From the IMG/VR virus record IMGVR_UViG_3300027542_000008, positions 1-64,000 of that record: 64,000 nt of DNA; one strand, given 5' to 3'. A model generated the notes under the pieces. The model did no database searches, was not told the origin of the DNA, and worked only from the letters and a program-made list of their open reading frames with translations. Both the position numbers and the translations under genes were made by a program. The DNA is from an uncultured virus (IMG/VR IMGVR_UViG_3300027542_000008). Its lineage: Duplodnaviria > Heunggongvirae > Uroviricota > Caudoviricetes. Position 1 is the stretch's first letter, and every line of letters begins with the position of its first letter. Positions 1-9,240 of the stretch are shown in pieces.

Positions 1-85
1 AATGCAGACGGTGTATTTTTATGCAAAAACAGTCCAAAATCGGTAGCAAATAGTTGCAAATGGGAATTTATAACAGAAAATCAAA

Positions 86-126
86 GAAAAAACGGTGGAA
101 AGCGTTAAAACTTTTCACCGTTTTTT
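86..126. terminator. Inverted repeat, likely bidirectional intrinsic terminator
   Basis: aaaaaacggtggaaag...cttttcaccgtttttt stem flanked by A and T tracts. Confidence 0.6.
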
Positions 127-156
127 GTGAAAGATGAGAGATTTTGATACAAAAAT

Positions 157-211
157 CACTGACCGTTCAAATCGACCACTGACCGTTCAAAACCTCTCAT
201 CACCGTTCAAA
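157..211. repeat. Three direct repeats (ACCGTTCAAA core), 20-bp period
   Basis: accgttcaaa at 162, 182 and 202; first two extend to cactgaccgttcaaa. Confidence 0.85.
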
Positions 212-384
212 TTCAATTTTTATGGCTTTTTCAAACGAAAGCCGCCACATTTCGCCACACAGCCGCAGTTCCAAAAACCCGCTCACCTGTTCGAACTTTG
301 GAAAGAAGTGGCACACAGGCGAAGTGTCGGCGCGTACAGCAAAACGTAAACACAATCACCAGCTCTCTGGCTGATTGTCTTTTT

Positions 385-588
385 TTATTCGGAATATCCC
401 GCGATTCCCCGAACTGCGTCGTACAAAATTTGGTAAGTTTCCGAATTAAGCGGAACCTTCAATTCCTGACCACCAAGTTTGATGCTCACTTCTTCTTTTG
501 AAACTTTCTTTATTGAATGGTTGACCTCAAACATAATTTTCAGAAAGTCCTCTGCCGCCTTGACTTTTTCAAGTGTTAAGTTTTCCAT
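385..588 (-). CDS. Hypothetical protein
   Basis: RBS gaggtg; last gene of minus-strand operon. Confidence 0.6.
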   Translation of the reverse strand: MENLTLEKVKAAEDFLKIMFEVNHSIKKVSKEEVSIKLGGQELKVPLNSETYQILYDAVRGIAGYSE

Positions 589-596
589 GTTTCACC

Positions 597-1412
597 TCAT
601 TGATTTATTTCTTCGTCTTCAAGGACGATGCAATTCACAAACCTGCTCAGGACAGTGCTTGCATCAATAGCAATCACGCCTTCACCGTAATACGGAGTGC
701 AATCTCTCTCAAAAGACCTTGACCGCATCTCTTCCGGTGTCAGGTCTTTTTTCTCTAAATAAGTATGCCCGAAGGCGCAGTGCCAGTGTCCACAGACGAT
801 TGTTTTTCCAGGTTCATAGCACCCCTGGAAAGCAGCCAGCATTCCATTATACCAGCGTGCAAGCATCCAGTCGCTCTTGGGCATTTCTCGCCAATTTTCC
901 TGGTAATTGAACCAGTCGGCTTCCCCTCCATACCCGCTGGCGTGACAGGGAATCCATCCATGGACGAAAATATAACTCTTGGTTTCATAGAAGTCAAGCA
1001 TCGCCGGAATTATCTTTTTGAGGAAAGGTGTAGCTCTCATTTTTTCAGCGACCACATCGGGCTGCTGCTTTATTTTTCCAAGACTGCATCGAGTCAAATC
1101 CATCAAAGTTCTGACGGTCCGATTTCTGTAATGATGCGTATGTTCGATTCCCCTGACAACATACTCACCCAGCCTATTTACCAAGTCAAGCATCAGGTCC
1201 TCATGGTTTCCGCGAATTAAAATCACTTCGTCTTTTTCAAGCAAGTCAACCACAAATTTTTCTAATTCTTTTGACTGCGAACCCCTGTCAAAAAGGTCAC
1301 CACAAATCACGAGCTTGTGCGGCTCGGTGTCTTCGAAATATCCCTTTTCAGTTAGTGCCTTTATCATCAAGTCGTAGAACCCATGAACATCGGCAACCAC
1401 ATAAAACTTCAT
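597..1412 (-). CDS. Calcineurin-like metallophosphoesterase (Ser/Thr phosphatase family)
   Basis: DVHG, GDLFDRG, RGNHE, FVHG and GHWH motifs. Confidence 0.9.
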   Translation of the reverse strand: MKFYVVADVHGFYDLMIKALTEKGYFEDTEPHKLVICGDLFDRGSQSKELEKFVVDLLEKDEVILIRGNHEDLMLDLVNRLGEYVVRGIEHTHHYRNRTVRTLMDLTRCSLGKIKQQPDVVAEKMRATPFLKKIIPAMLDFYETKSYIFVHGWIPCHASGYGGEADWFNYQENWREMPKSDWMLARWYNGMLAAFQGCYEPGKTIVCGHWHCAFGHTYLEKKDLTPEEMRSRSFERDCTPYYGEGVIAIDASTVLSRFVNCIVLEDEEINQ

Positions 1413-1588
1413 TCTTTTATTCCTCTCTTCAGCTTCCTCAATTGCATAATTTCATCAATGGCTTTTTGAATTATGACCACGCCTTTTGGTTGCCCATCTA
1501 TGCGGTCAACAGTTCCCCAATTTGCCCGAAGCACAAGCTCGTTCAGCTCGTCAATTATATCCCGTTTTTCGGGTTCAAAAGTAGTCAT
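1409..1588 (-). CDS. 59-aa hypothetical protein (not in ORF track)
   Basis: MTTFEPEKRD...GIKE; ATGA overlaps with both neighbours; RBS aaggaagg. Confidence 0.65.
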   Translation of the reverse strand: MTTFEPEKRDIIDELNELVLRANWGTVDRIDGQPKGVVIIQKAIDEIMQLRKLKRGIKE

Positions 1589-2055
1589 TTTTTCCTTCCT
1601 TTATTTTTCAATTCTTCAAACTTCACAAAGGGCATCTCGCCGGCGCACTTGTTGCAATAAGGTGAGATATAACATACGGAAATTTTGGTTGCCTTTGCCC
1701 CGCATTTGATGCAGGTTCTTTCAGAAAGGTTCAAGTATTTAGATTGCCAATCAAGGTACTCTCTTTGCGCCTTGACCGGGAACCCATTCTCATACCACCG
1801 AAGCGTTCCGTACTTTTCCTTTATGTCGGTAATTCGATAGTCTGTCAAAGCCCCCGCTTTTACCAGGATTTCTTTTAATTCTCTGCACATCTGCACGCCA
1901 AAAGCAGACCGCCAACCATCCGGCATATTGTCCAGCTCGGTGTACGAAAAATCATAATCTTCTGGCACTTTGTCTGTCCACCGGTTTCGGGGCAGCAGAA
2001 AAGGAAACTCTTCAATGAGAGCCTTATTTTCTTCGATTGTGTCTTTACCCCTCAT
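1585..2055 (-). CDS. Phage-type hypothetical protein with C-terminal Zn finger
   Basis: IKEKYGTLRWY motif; CxxC...CxxC. Confidence 0.75.
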   Translation of the reverse strand: MRGKDTIEENKALIEEFPFLLPRNRWTDKVPEDYDFSYTELDNMPDGWRSAFGVQMCRELKEILVKAGALTDYRITDIKEKYGTLRWYENGFPVKAQREYLDWQSKYLNLSERTCIKCGAKATKISVCYISPYCNKCAGEMPFVKFEELKNKGRKK

Positions 2056-3103
2056 TAATTATCGCCCCAAAAATATACTTCACCACTGTCGTCATTGCCG
2101 GAATTGAATCCCACATTTCTGAAACAGCCTCTTTTGCCGAGTCATAGGTTTTCACCCTAATGAACGCTTTTGTCTTGAAGTTCGTTCCTTCCGGGTTCGC
2201 TTTTTCAACGATTGGATTTGTGTTCAGGTCATTGGATTCAGTCCAGAGCTGACATCCTTTCTTTCGATATTTAAACCGAATAATTTCTGCCGAAGCACAC
2301 AACTCATATTTGTCACCGTCCCGCAACAGAATTTGCGAAAGCAATGAAGAATAAAACTGTAATTCGTATGGCTCGCCCTGGGAATTCACACTCTCTAATT
2401 CAAAACCCTCCAGGTAATCAAATGATTTTTTTATGTACTGAAGTTCTTGAATGGTTTCTTCCGGGTTGCCATAATTACTTGGCAGATTTTCTATGAATTT
2501 CTTTATTTCATCTTCGCTGCCATACAAGGTTTCCTTTTTCGCACCCCAAAAGCAAGAATTAATTAAAACCGCAGCATATCTGGGGGGCAATCCGTTTTTA
2601 AGAGGTTCTTTCTTCCACTTTTCTAAATCAAAGCGCCACTTTTCCTCACTAAACTCCTCCGGGTGAGCTTTCCGCAACCACTCTACTTTCTCTTTAAGCT
2701 GGCATATTATGGGGGTAATGTCATAAGTCGAGTATATCTGTGCGCCCTTAAGAACATCCAAAATTTCCGAACCCCAAACCCAAGTTGTATCTTCCCAATA
2801 ATCCCCCAGCTCGCTCTCGGTCTTATCATACGAAATCTGCAAGTGGTCATCCTTTAAGAAGTGATTTGAATGCCAATTCGGAACATACCTTACAGCCTTG
2901 ATGCCCTTGGTAGAAAGGTAGCCGAACCGCTTATAAAAGCGACCATACACAAACCACTCTGGCAGTTCCGATGCATAGATTTTTGTTCTTCCATAATTCG
3001 CAGAGAACAGCGTTCCATCGTCCGTTCCCACATACCGATAGACACCTTTCACTCGTCTCAAGTCCTGCAAAAAATATAAATGTCCTTTAATTCTCTTTTT
3101 CAT
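2045..3103 (-). CDS. Hypothetical protein; C-terminal half similar to 3425-4063
   Basis: 352-aa ORF, translationally coupled to neighbours. Confidence 0.75.
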   Translation of the reverse strand: MKKRIKGHLYFLQDLRRVKGVYRYVGTDDGTLFSANYGRTKIYASELPEWFVYGRFYKRFGYLSTKGIKAVRYVPNWHSNHFLKDDHLQISYDKTESELGDYWEDTTWVWGSEILDVLKGAQIYSTYDITPIICQLKEKVEWLRKAHPEEFSEEKWRFDLEKWKKEPLKNGLPPRYAAVLINSCFWGAKKETLYGSEDEIKKFIENLPSNYGNPEETIQELQYIKKSFDYLEGFELESVNSQGEPYELQFYSSLLSQILLRDGDKYELCASAEIIRFKYRKKGCQLWTESNDLNTNPIVEKANPEGTNFKTKAFIRVKTYDSAKEAVSEMWDSIPAMTTVVKYIFGAIINEG

Positions 3104-3432
3104 AATCCATACTTCCTTTTGAATTCGGCAAACACCTCTTCCGCGGGAATAAAATTTCCGGCTCTCGCCTGCTCCAACCCTTTATTAATTTCCATCTGCA
3201 TTTCGAGACTCAAAGCCACCGAAGCAACCGTCCTTAAACTTTCCGACAAGACGAGACAAATTCGCTTCAATCCTTCCGGAGAGAGCGTGGACATAAACGC
3301 TTCTTGTTCTGTTTTAGTCAGGTCCGAGAAGCATCTATTTTGCCATTTTTCGTCACGACAAACTCGATAATAAATTCCGTCTAATTCAAGCACTACCGGA
3401 TACTTTTTTGCTTCTTCTTGTTTTTCAACCAT
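3100..3432 (-). CDS. Hypothetical protein with antitoxin-like C-terminus
   Basis: Probable start MVEKQ; tail EINKGLEQARAGNFIPAEEVFAEF resembles antitoxin C-termini. Confidence 0.55.
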   Translation of the reverse strand: MVEKQEEAKKYPVVLELDGIYYRVCRDEKWQNRCFSDLTKTEQEAFMSTLSPEGLKRICLVLSESLRTVASVALSLEMQMEINKGLEQARAGNFIPAEEVFAEFKRKYGL

Positions 3433-4063
3433 CACCAAATACCTCTTCAAAAAATGATGACCAGTCACACAAAGACAAATCGTCAAATCTTGCCCTTGCA
3501 ACCTGCTCGTTTTCAAAGCTCGACTCGATTAAGGCGAGAGTGTTTTTGAGCGATTTAGCCTCTAACTTTAACACCCCCGGATGCCCCCAAATCATATCGC
3601 CAAGCGGGTGCCACCGTTCGTCTGGATTTTGCGTACCACGATATTCCGCGTTCTCAATTTTAACGCGGTACGCAATGTAAAACATTTTATTCCTTTTCAG
3701 CAAATAGGCTGTCCCGGAAGCACGCGAAAAACGAACCCGATAATAAAAGCCATACGAGTTCTCGTAAAGATAATTCACGTCTTCCAAATCAAACGATTTC
3801 TCGTCCAGAACCTGAACCGAAATTGCGAACCGAGTTTTAATGTAGCCCGCATAATGAGTTATTCTTCTTTCCCCCGCTTCAAAATGCTCAAAGGTATTTT
3901 TTAATTCGTCCATTTTGCCGGCGGGAATATTTTCAAGCATCTTCTTGAAATCTTCAACCGAGCCGAAGAACAGTTTTGTAAACGAAGTGCAGCTTGGCGC
4001 AGAATAATCGTCAAGCTCAAAAGAATACCAGGGGACCTTCTTCCCTTTCCACATAGCCACCAC
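3425..4063 (-). CDS. Hypothetical protein
   Basis: 212-aa ORF abutting upstream stop. Confidence 0.7.
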   Translation of the reverse strand: MVAMWKGKKVPWYSFELDDYSAPSCTSFTKLFFGSVEDFKKMLENIPAGKMDELKNTFEHFEAGERRITHYAGYIKTRFAISVQVLDEKSFDLEDVNYLYENSYGFYYRVRFSRASGTAYLLKRNKMFYIAYRVKIENAEYRGTQNPDERWHPLGDMIWGHPGVLKLEAKSLKNTLALIESSFENEQVARARFDDLSLCDWSSFFEEVFGDG

Positions 4064-4363
4064 CTATTCCGAGCAGTATTCGTAATTGTCAAATAGGTCC
4101 ACCAACCTTGTGATTTCTTTTCCCAGCTCTTCGCTCATATGCAAACGCACATGCTTGGAAAAATCGAATATAAAATCGGTGAACCGGGCGTATGCTCTGC
4201 ACCCCGCTTTCGTAAAATACCGATATTCAGGCGAAGGTGGATCATAATCACCCCGGCTGCGGTTCCCTCCTACATAACCCACAACTTCGGGTTTTTTAAG
4301 ATAAAGGTTTCCTTTCAAACCGAAGTGCTTCTGCAATAAATATTCTAATGTTATATTTTCCAT
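4064..4363 (-). CDS. Hypothetical protein, first gene of operon
   Basis: RBS gaggt; extended -10 TGGTATAAT at ~4403-4411. Confidence 0.65.
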   Translation of the reverse strand: MENITLEYLLQKHFGLKGNLYLKKPEVVGYVGGNRSRGDYDPPSPEYRYFTKAGCRAYARFTDFIFDFSKHVRLHMSEELGKEITRLVDLFDNYEYCSE

Positions 4364-4551
4364 TTACCTCTTAACCGCCGAAGCTGCTATATTTCCGGTG
4401 AAATTATACCATACTCTAAAATAGAAAAGTTGGCGCTTTGGAAAATGTAATCGGAAATCGCAAAAATGTAAAAAAGGCAGCGCTTTAACCGGCAGTCATT
4501 TTCATAACTGTCGGTCTATTGCGCCGCTCTGCTCTGGAATATAAAATATAA

Positions 4552-4914
4552 TTACCGGTTCTTGCGCTTTGACAAAAAGTGGTATTCACGCATCGTCTTT
4601 TTCAGCGCCCGCGCATTTTCAATCAAAACCCTCCGCTCATATGGGGAGCAGTCATTGAGCAATTCAGCGTATTCCCCCACATCCACCATCAGGTGGTTAT
4701 CCAGGCTCTCTGCCAAAAGCATATCAGCAGTAACGCCCAGAGCATTCGCAAGCAAAATGAGCGTGTCCAGGCTGGGGCTTTTAATTCCGCTCTCTATGTA
4801 GCTGACATAAGGCGGGGACTTTTCAATAAGCTCTGAGAGTTCTGCCTGGGACATCTTACGCTTAACGCGAAGGTCCCTCACACGCTTGCCAAGTAAAATG
4901 TAATTGAGTGCCAT
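4552..4914 (-). CDS. XRE-family HTH regulator
   Basis: LRVKRKMSQAELSE...YVSYIESG...PSLDTL; RBS ggagg before MALNY. Confidence 0.9.
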   Translation of the reverse strand: MALNYILLGKRVRDLRVKRKMSQAELSELIEKSPPYVSYIESGIKSPSLDTLILLANALGVTADMLLAESLDNHLMVDVGEYAELLNDCSPYERRVLIENARALKKTMREYHFLSKRKNR

Positions 4915-4955
4915 CTTTCGTTTTTCCTCCAAAAAAAGTCCACTCAATTATATGC

Positions 4956-5039
4956 CATAGCCGATATTCTCGTCCATAGCTGATTTTGAATTTCGGCTAT
5001 AGATGATAAAATTAGGTCAAAATATAAGCTATAGCCGAA
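4956..5039. promoter_or_regulatory. Operator array between divergent XRE genes
   Basis: ATAGCYGA half-sites at ~4957, 4976, 4993 (reverse) and 5031; perfect IR ttcggctatag/ctatagccgaa. Confidence 0.65.
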
Positions 5040-5051
5040 GGAGGTGCAACC

Positions 5052-5411
5052 GTGGAAGAGAATATCGAATCAAAAAAACTAAAAAAAATCGGAAATCGCC
5101 TCCGAGAAGCAAGGCAAGCCGCGGGGCTAACGCAAGCGGATGTTGCCTATTCTGCGAACCTCAATGCTTCCCACCTTTCCGATATTGAATGCGGCAAGAA
5201 GCAACTGAGCATTCTCACCTTTTGCAAAATCATCGAGGTAATCCGAGTGTCGGCTGATGAGATCCTTCGTCCGAACGTTCCTACCGTCAATTCGATTTAT
5301 CAAGGTGAGTTCGAAAAAATCTTCAAAGACTGCACCGCCGCGGAACTTGAATCGCTCCTGAAAATCATTCAGGAAATCAAAACCTCAATGCGTACAAACA
5401 AAGAAGACTAA
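5052..5411 (+). CDS. XRE-family HTH regulator
   Basis: RLREARQAAGLTQADVA...HLSDIECG; RBS aggagg. Confidence 0.9.
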   Translation: MEENIESKKLKKIGNRLREARQAAGLTQADVAYSANLNASHLSDIECGKKQLSILTFCKIIEVIRVSADEILRPNVPTVNSIYQGEFEKIFKDCTAAELESLLKIIQEIKTSMRTNKED

Positions 5412-5415
5412 CAAG

Positions 5416-5446
5416 AAAGAGTGGAGACAGCTCCACTCTTTTTTTA
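5416..5446 (+). terminator. Intrinsic terminator
   Basis: aaagagtggag-acag-ctccactcttt followed by T run. Confidence 0.8.
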
Positions 5447-5565
5447 TTAATTTCAAAAAAGATGCCTTTTTCATAAACCAGTGGTTATTTACTTGACCGC
5501 TGGTTTATTCCTTTTTCCGGCGCGGGACTCTATAATTGTCACATAATTATGCCTTGAGGATTTTT

Positions 5566-6189
5566 ATGCCCAACGAAATAGACATTATAAATAAGTTTCA
5601 GGAAATAGCAAACGCGCCCCAGCAGCTTTCAATTTTCGGCACCAACTCCGAACACGCACAGAAGGTTGCTGACCATAAAAATTGGTTCCACAGTATTCGC
5701 CACGAATTCCCGAACCCCGCAACGCCATTCAAGGTTGGCGTTTATATTAGGTATTTTAATCAAACCCGGTACGAGGATTACCTCGCATTTCATAAGCAAC
5801 AGTTCAAAGACACAATCAACCTCTGCCCGAATTGGACGCTCATTGATTTCTATATTGACGAAGGCGCAACCGCCCCCAACATGGAATCCGCTTCCGAATG
5901 GAGTCGTTTATTAAACGATGCAATGGAAGGCAAGATCGATTTAATTATAACCCAGAAGGTCTCGAACGTTTCTAAGAAAATGCACGAGGTTACATTATGC
6001 GCCAGACTGCTTGCAGCGCACACACCTCCTATCGGGATTTATTTTATTTCGGAGGATATTTTCACCCTGGCTTCTTATTACCAGAATGACCTGAAAGACA
6101 CCTTCTTCCTTCCCTCACCGGATTGGAAAGTTCTGCCCGAAGATACTACCCCAGAAAATATAACCGAAAAAGGAACTTCCGATGATTGA
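5566..6189 (+). CDS. Resolvase-domain protein lacking the catalytic serine
   Basis: VGVYIRYF (no RVS), YIDEG and IDLIITQKVS motifs. Confidence 0.8.
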   Translation: MPNEIDIINKFQEIANAPQQLSIFGTNSEHAQKVADHKNWFHSIRHEFPNPATPFKVGVYIRYFNQTRYEDYLAFHKQQFKDTINLCPNWTLIDFYIDEGATAPNMESASEWSRLLNDAMEGKIDLIITQKVSNVSKKMHEVTLCARLLAAHTPPIGIYFISEDIFTLASYYQNDLKDTFFLPSPDWKVLPEDTTPENITEKGTSDD

Positions 6190-8092
6190 TGAAGAACGCC
6201 GCGTTTCCAAGGAACGCGAGAAAGCCAAAACGCGAAAGCGTATGCGCTTTGAAATTGATGAAGAGAACTACGAATTCACACCCGCGCGGAAAAGAGTCGA
6301 CTATTATGACAACGATACGCCTATGCGGGTGGTTATTTATGTCCGCGTTTCGACAGACGATGTCCGGCAGACCACTTCCTTCGAGCTTCAAAGACAATAC
6401 TATGAAGAATTCGTACAGAAGCACCCCCACTGGACTCTTATCAAAATTTACGCAGACGAAGGCATAAGCGGAACCTCCCGCCTACACCGCGATAATTTCA
6501 ACCAGATGATTGCCGACTGCAAAGCCGGCGAAGCTGACCTTATCATTACAAAAAGCGTTTCGCGTTTTGCCAGAAACGTGGTTGACTGCATCGGACTTAC
6601 GCGCGACCTTGCTGAATTGAAACCCCCTGTCGGAGTTTTCTTTGAATCGGAATGCATCTTCTCTTTGAATGACGATTCGCAAATGGCGCTGTCCTTCCAA
6701 GCAACTATGGCAGAGGAAGAATCACACACCCGCAGCCGCAGTATGGAAACCTCTCTGCGTATGCGCTTGGACCATGGCATTCCCCTTACTCCGAAGCTGC
6801 TCGGTTATACGCACGATGAAGATGGGAATTTAATCATCAATCCAGAAGAAGCACCCACCGTAAAGCTCACATTTTATATGTATCTTTATGGTTACTCAAC
6901 GCAGCAGATAGCGGACACTTTGAACGCGCTCGGCAGAAAGTCATATCTCGGAAACACAAACAAGTGGACTTCAAGCGGTGTAGTTCAAATCCTACGCAAC
7001 GAGCGACACTGCGGCGATGTTCTTACCCGAAAAACATTCACGCCAAATTACCGCGATCATAAGTCTGTAAAAAATCGCGGAGACCGTCCCCAAAGCAGAT
7101 ACCACAAGCACCATGAAGCCATTGTATCAAGAGATGATTTCATTGCGGTTCAGCGCATGCTGGATAATGCCAAATACAGGAATAAATCCTTCCTTCCGGA
7201 ACTTCGCGTAATTGACAGCGGCATATTAAAGGGTTTTGTTGTTATCAACCCCCGCTGGGCAGGCTTCAAGGAAATAGACTATTTCGAAGCTGCGAACAGC
7301 GTTTACACCACTCCGGAAAATGAGCAACCCGCAGAACCCCAAGTCCCGCAGGAAATAAAGATACCTGTTGAAGCCGGAGACTTTGACATGCGCGGGTTTG
7401 AAATAACACGCACTGAATTCTTCGATAGTGTCCGCCGCCCCTCTATTACCTTTGCAGAGAAAAAGCTCAAGTTAAGCACCGAGTGCATCCGGAAGCTGGG
7501 CGAAAGAAATTACATCGAACTATTGATTAATCCGATAGAAAAGAAATTCGCCATTCGCACAACTGACAAATCAAACCGTCAGGCTGTCATCTGCTCGAAG
7601 ATATCAGAGAAGGTATACTACTCTCGCCCGATATCAACCGCCGCTTTCAACGACACCCTCTTCTCGCTTTTCGGATGGAACGCCGATTGCCGTTACCGCA
7701 TCATCGGTTCACTATATGAAAAGGATAATGAAATCGCGTACATCTTTGATACCACCAATTCGGAAGCGTTCTTCAAGTCCTATGTTTTAACAAGCCAGGA
7801 AGCAACCGAAGCTGGCGGCAAAGGTACAGTCCAACCTTATACCCCCTCGCGCAACCGCATCCGTGCAATACCGCAAGCGTGGACCGATAGTTTCGGTAAG
7901 CCGTACTATTTACACGAGCAGACTCTCTCCGCGCTTGCAAATCAAAGCGAGTCGGATTGGAAAATACGAATGGAAGGTCAATTATTTGAAACCGGAAAGC
8001 AAATCCGAGTGACAGGCTTTGAGGAATTGCAAACGTACATAAATCAAGAATTAACTGGCATAACGCCACAGGAGGTAATACCTAATGATTGA
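6182..8092 (+). CDS. Large serine recombinase with extra C-terminal domain
   Basis: YVRVST, YADEGISG, KSVSRFARN, recombinase domain LRNERHCGD/HEAIVS. Confidence 0.92.
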   Translation: MIDEERRVSKEREKAKTRKRMRFEIDEENYEFTPARKRVDYYDNDTPMRVVIYVRVSTDDVRQTTSFELQRQYYEEFVQKHPHWTLIKIYADEGISGTSRLHRDNFNQMIADCKAGEADLIITKSVSRFARNVVDCIGLTRDLAELKPPVGVFFESECIFSLNDDSQMALSFQATMAEEESHTRSRSMETSLRMRLDHGIPLTPKLLGYTHDEDGNLIINPEEAPTVKLTFYMYLYGYSTQQIADTLNALGRKSYLGNTNKWTSSGVVQILRNERHCGDVLTRKTFTPNYRDHKSVKNRGDRPQSRYHKHHEAIVSRDDFIAVQRMLDNAKYRNKSFLPELRVIDSGILKGFVVINPRWAGFKEIDYFEAANSVYTTPENEQPAEPQVPQEIKIPVEAGDFDMRGFEITRTEFFDSVRRPSITFAEKKLKLSTECIRKLGERNYIELLINPIEKKFAIRTTDKSNRQAVICSKISEKVYYSRPISTAAFNDTLFSLFGWNADCRYRIIGSLYEKDNEIAYIFDTTNSEAFFKSYVLTSQEATEAGGKGTVQPYTPSRNRIRAIPQAWTDSFGKPYYLHEQTLSALANQSESDWKIRMEGQLFETGKQIRVTGFEELQTYINQELTGITPQEVIPND

Positions 8093-8855
8093 AAATGAAG
8101 AAAACACCACTGACCTTGAGCAGCCTACCCCGAACGGCGTTCCTATACCAGATGGAAATGTTCCCCCTGTTCTTGGCGAGAATGACGAACTGCTGGAACT
8201 GAGCGAGGACTTTAACTTTGACGATTTCCAGGTTGTAAGGCGTGAATTCTTCGCGCATATGCACGAGCCTTCCGTTTCCTTTAACAACTGTAAATTCTAT
8301 GTCAATGCCGCCTGCCTTTCCAAGTTCCCCAACTCCGGGTACGCGCAGGTACTCGTTAACCGCGAAAGAAAGATACTCGCCCTTCGCCCTTGCAACGAAG
8401 GTTCCCGCGATTCCTTTATGTGGTGTACTGAACCTGGAAAAGGAAAACGCAAACCCAAGCCAATAACTTGCAAGCTGTTCTTCGCAAAAATTGTTGAGCT
8501 TATGGGATGGAACCCGGATTTCAGGTACAAACTTCTTGGCAAGCTCATCCACTCGAACGGCGAATACTTGATTGCGTATGACCTTACCGCTGCCGAAGTT
8601 TACCAGAAGACTTTCCCCGACGGCGCAAAACCGAAAGTTTCCAGAACACCGGTATTTCCGCAAGATTGGCAGAATCAATTCGGCTTGCCTTATAACGAAC
8701 ATAAGCAGTCGATGCAAATCAATATCTTTGACGGTTACGCAATTTATACAATTAAAGAGGATGCTCAACTGAAGCCGGAAGAAACACCCACGGGTGGTCA
8801 GGACCAGCCCTCTCTTTCCGTTGGCATAACAGCCGGAGGTGGCTCACATGAGTAG
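8085..8855 (+). CDS. Recombinase-associated protein, paralogous to C-terminus of 6182-8092
   Basis: FDDFQVVRREFF vs MRGFEITRTEFF; MGWNPDFRYK vs FGWNADCRYR. Confidence 0.8.
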   Translation: MIENEENTTDLEQPTPNGVPIPDGNVPPVLGENDELLELSEDFNFDDFQVVRREFFAHMHEPSVSFNNCKFYVNAACLSKFPNSGYAQVLVNRERKILALRPCNEGSRDSFMWCTEPGKGKRKPKPITCKLFFAKIVELMGWNPDFRYKLLGKLIHSNGEYLIAYDLTAAEVYQKTFPDGAKPKVSRTPVFPQDWQNQFGLPYNEHKQSMQINIFDGYAIYTIKEDAQLKPEETPTGGQDQPSLSVGITAGGGSHE

Positions 8856-9240
8856 TCCCACTTCTACACCCACCACAATTGCTATTGACCTGAAAAAATA
8901 CAGAATACGCATCCACAAGCAAACCATTCACCTTCTGGGCGATCCGAAGTATATTCAACTTCTGGTCAACCCATCAATGATGGCTGTCGCTATTCGCCCA
9001 GTAGAAAAAGAGCTGTCAGGAGACCAGTCGCACAAGGTTAATATGAGCCTGATGAATTCCGATAATTCCTATGAAATTTACAGCCGCTCTTTTATCACCC
9101 GTCTTTGCGAAGTTATCGGCGGTCTGGAAACTAACTACTCCTACCGTCTTTCGGGTGAAGTTATTTCATCTAAAGCAGCGGCAGTTTTTTCATTAAAAAC
9201 AATAAAACGCATCGAGCCGGAGGTTCCTAATGGAAACTAA
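8848..9240 (+). CDS. Small AbrB/MraZ-like protein (putative)
   Basis: RIRIHKQTIHLLGDPKYIQLLVNP pattern shared with the two upstream genes. Confidence 0.65.
   Translation: MSSPTSTPTTIAIDLKKYRIRIHKQTIHLLGDPKYIQLLVNPSMMAVAIRPVEKELSGDQSHKVNMSLMNSDNSYEIYSRSFITRLCEVIGGLETNYSYRLSGEVISSKAAAVFSLKTIKRIEPEVPNGN

Noticed and set aside
157..211. Possible mini-CRISPR array
   Set aside because: 20-bp period is too short for repeat plus spacer; no cas genes
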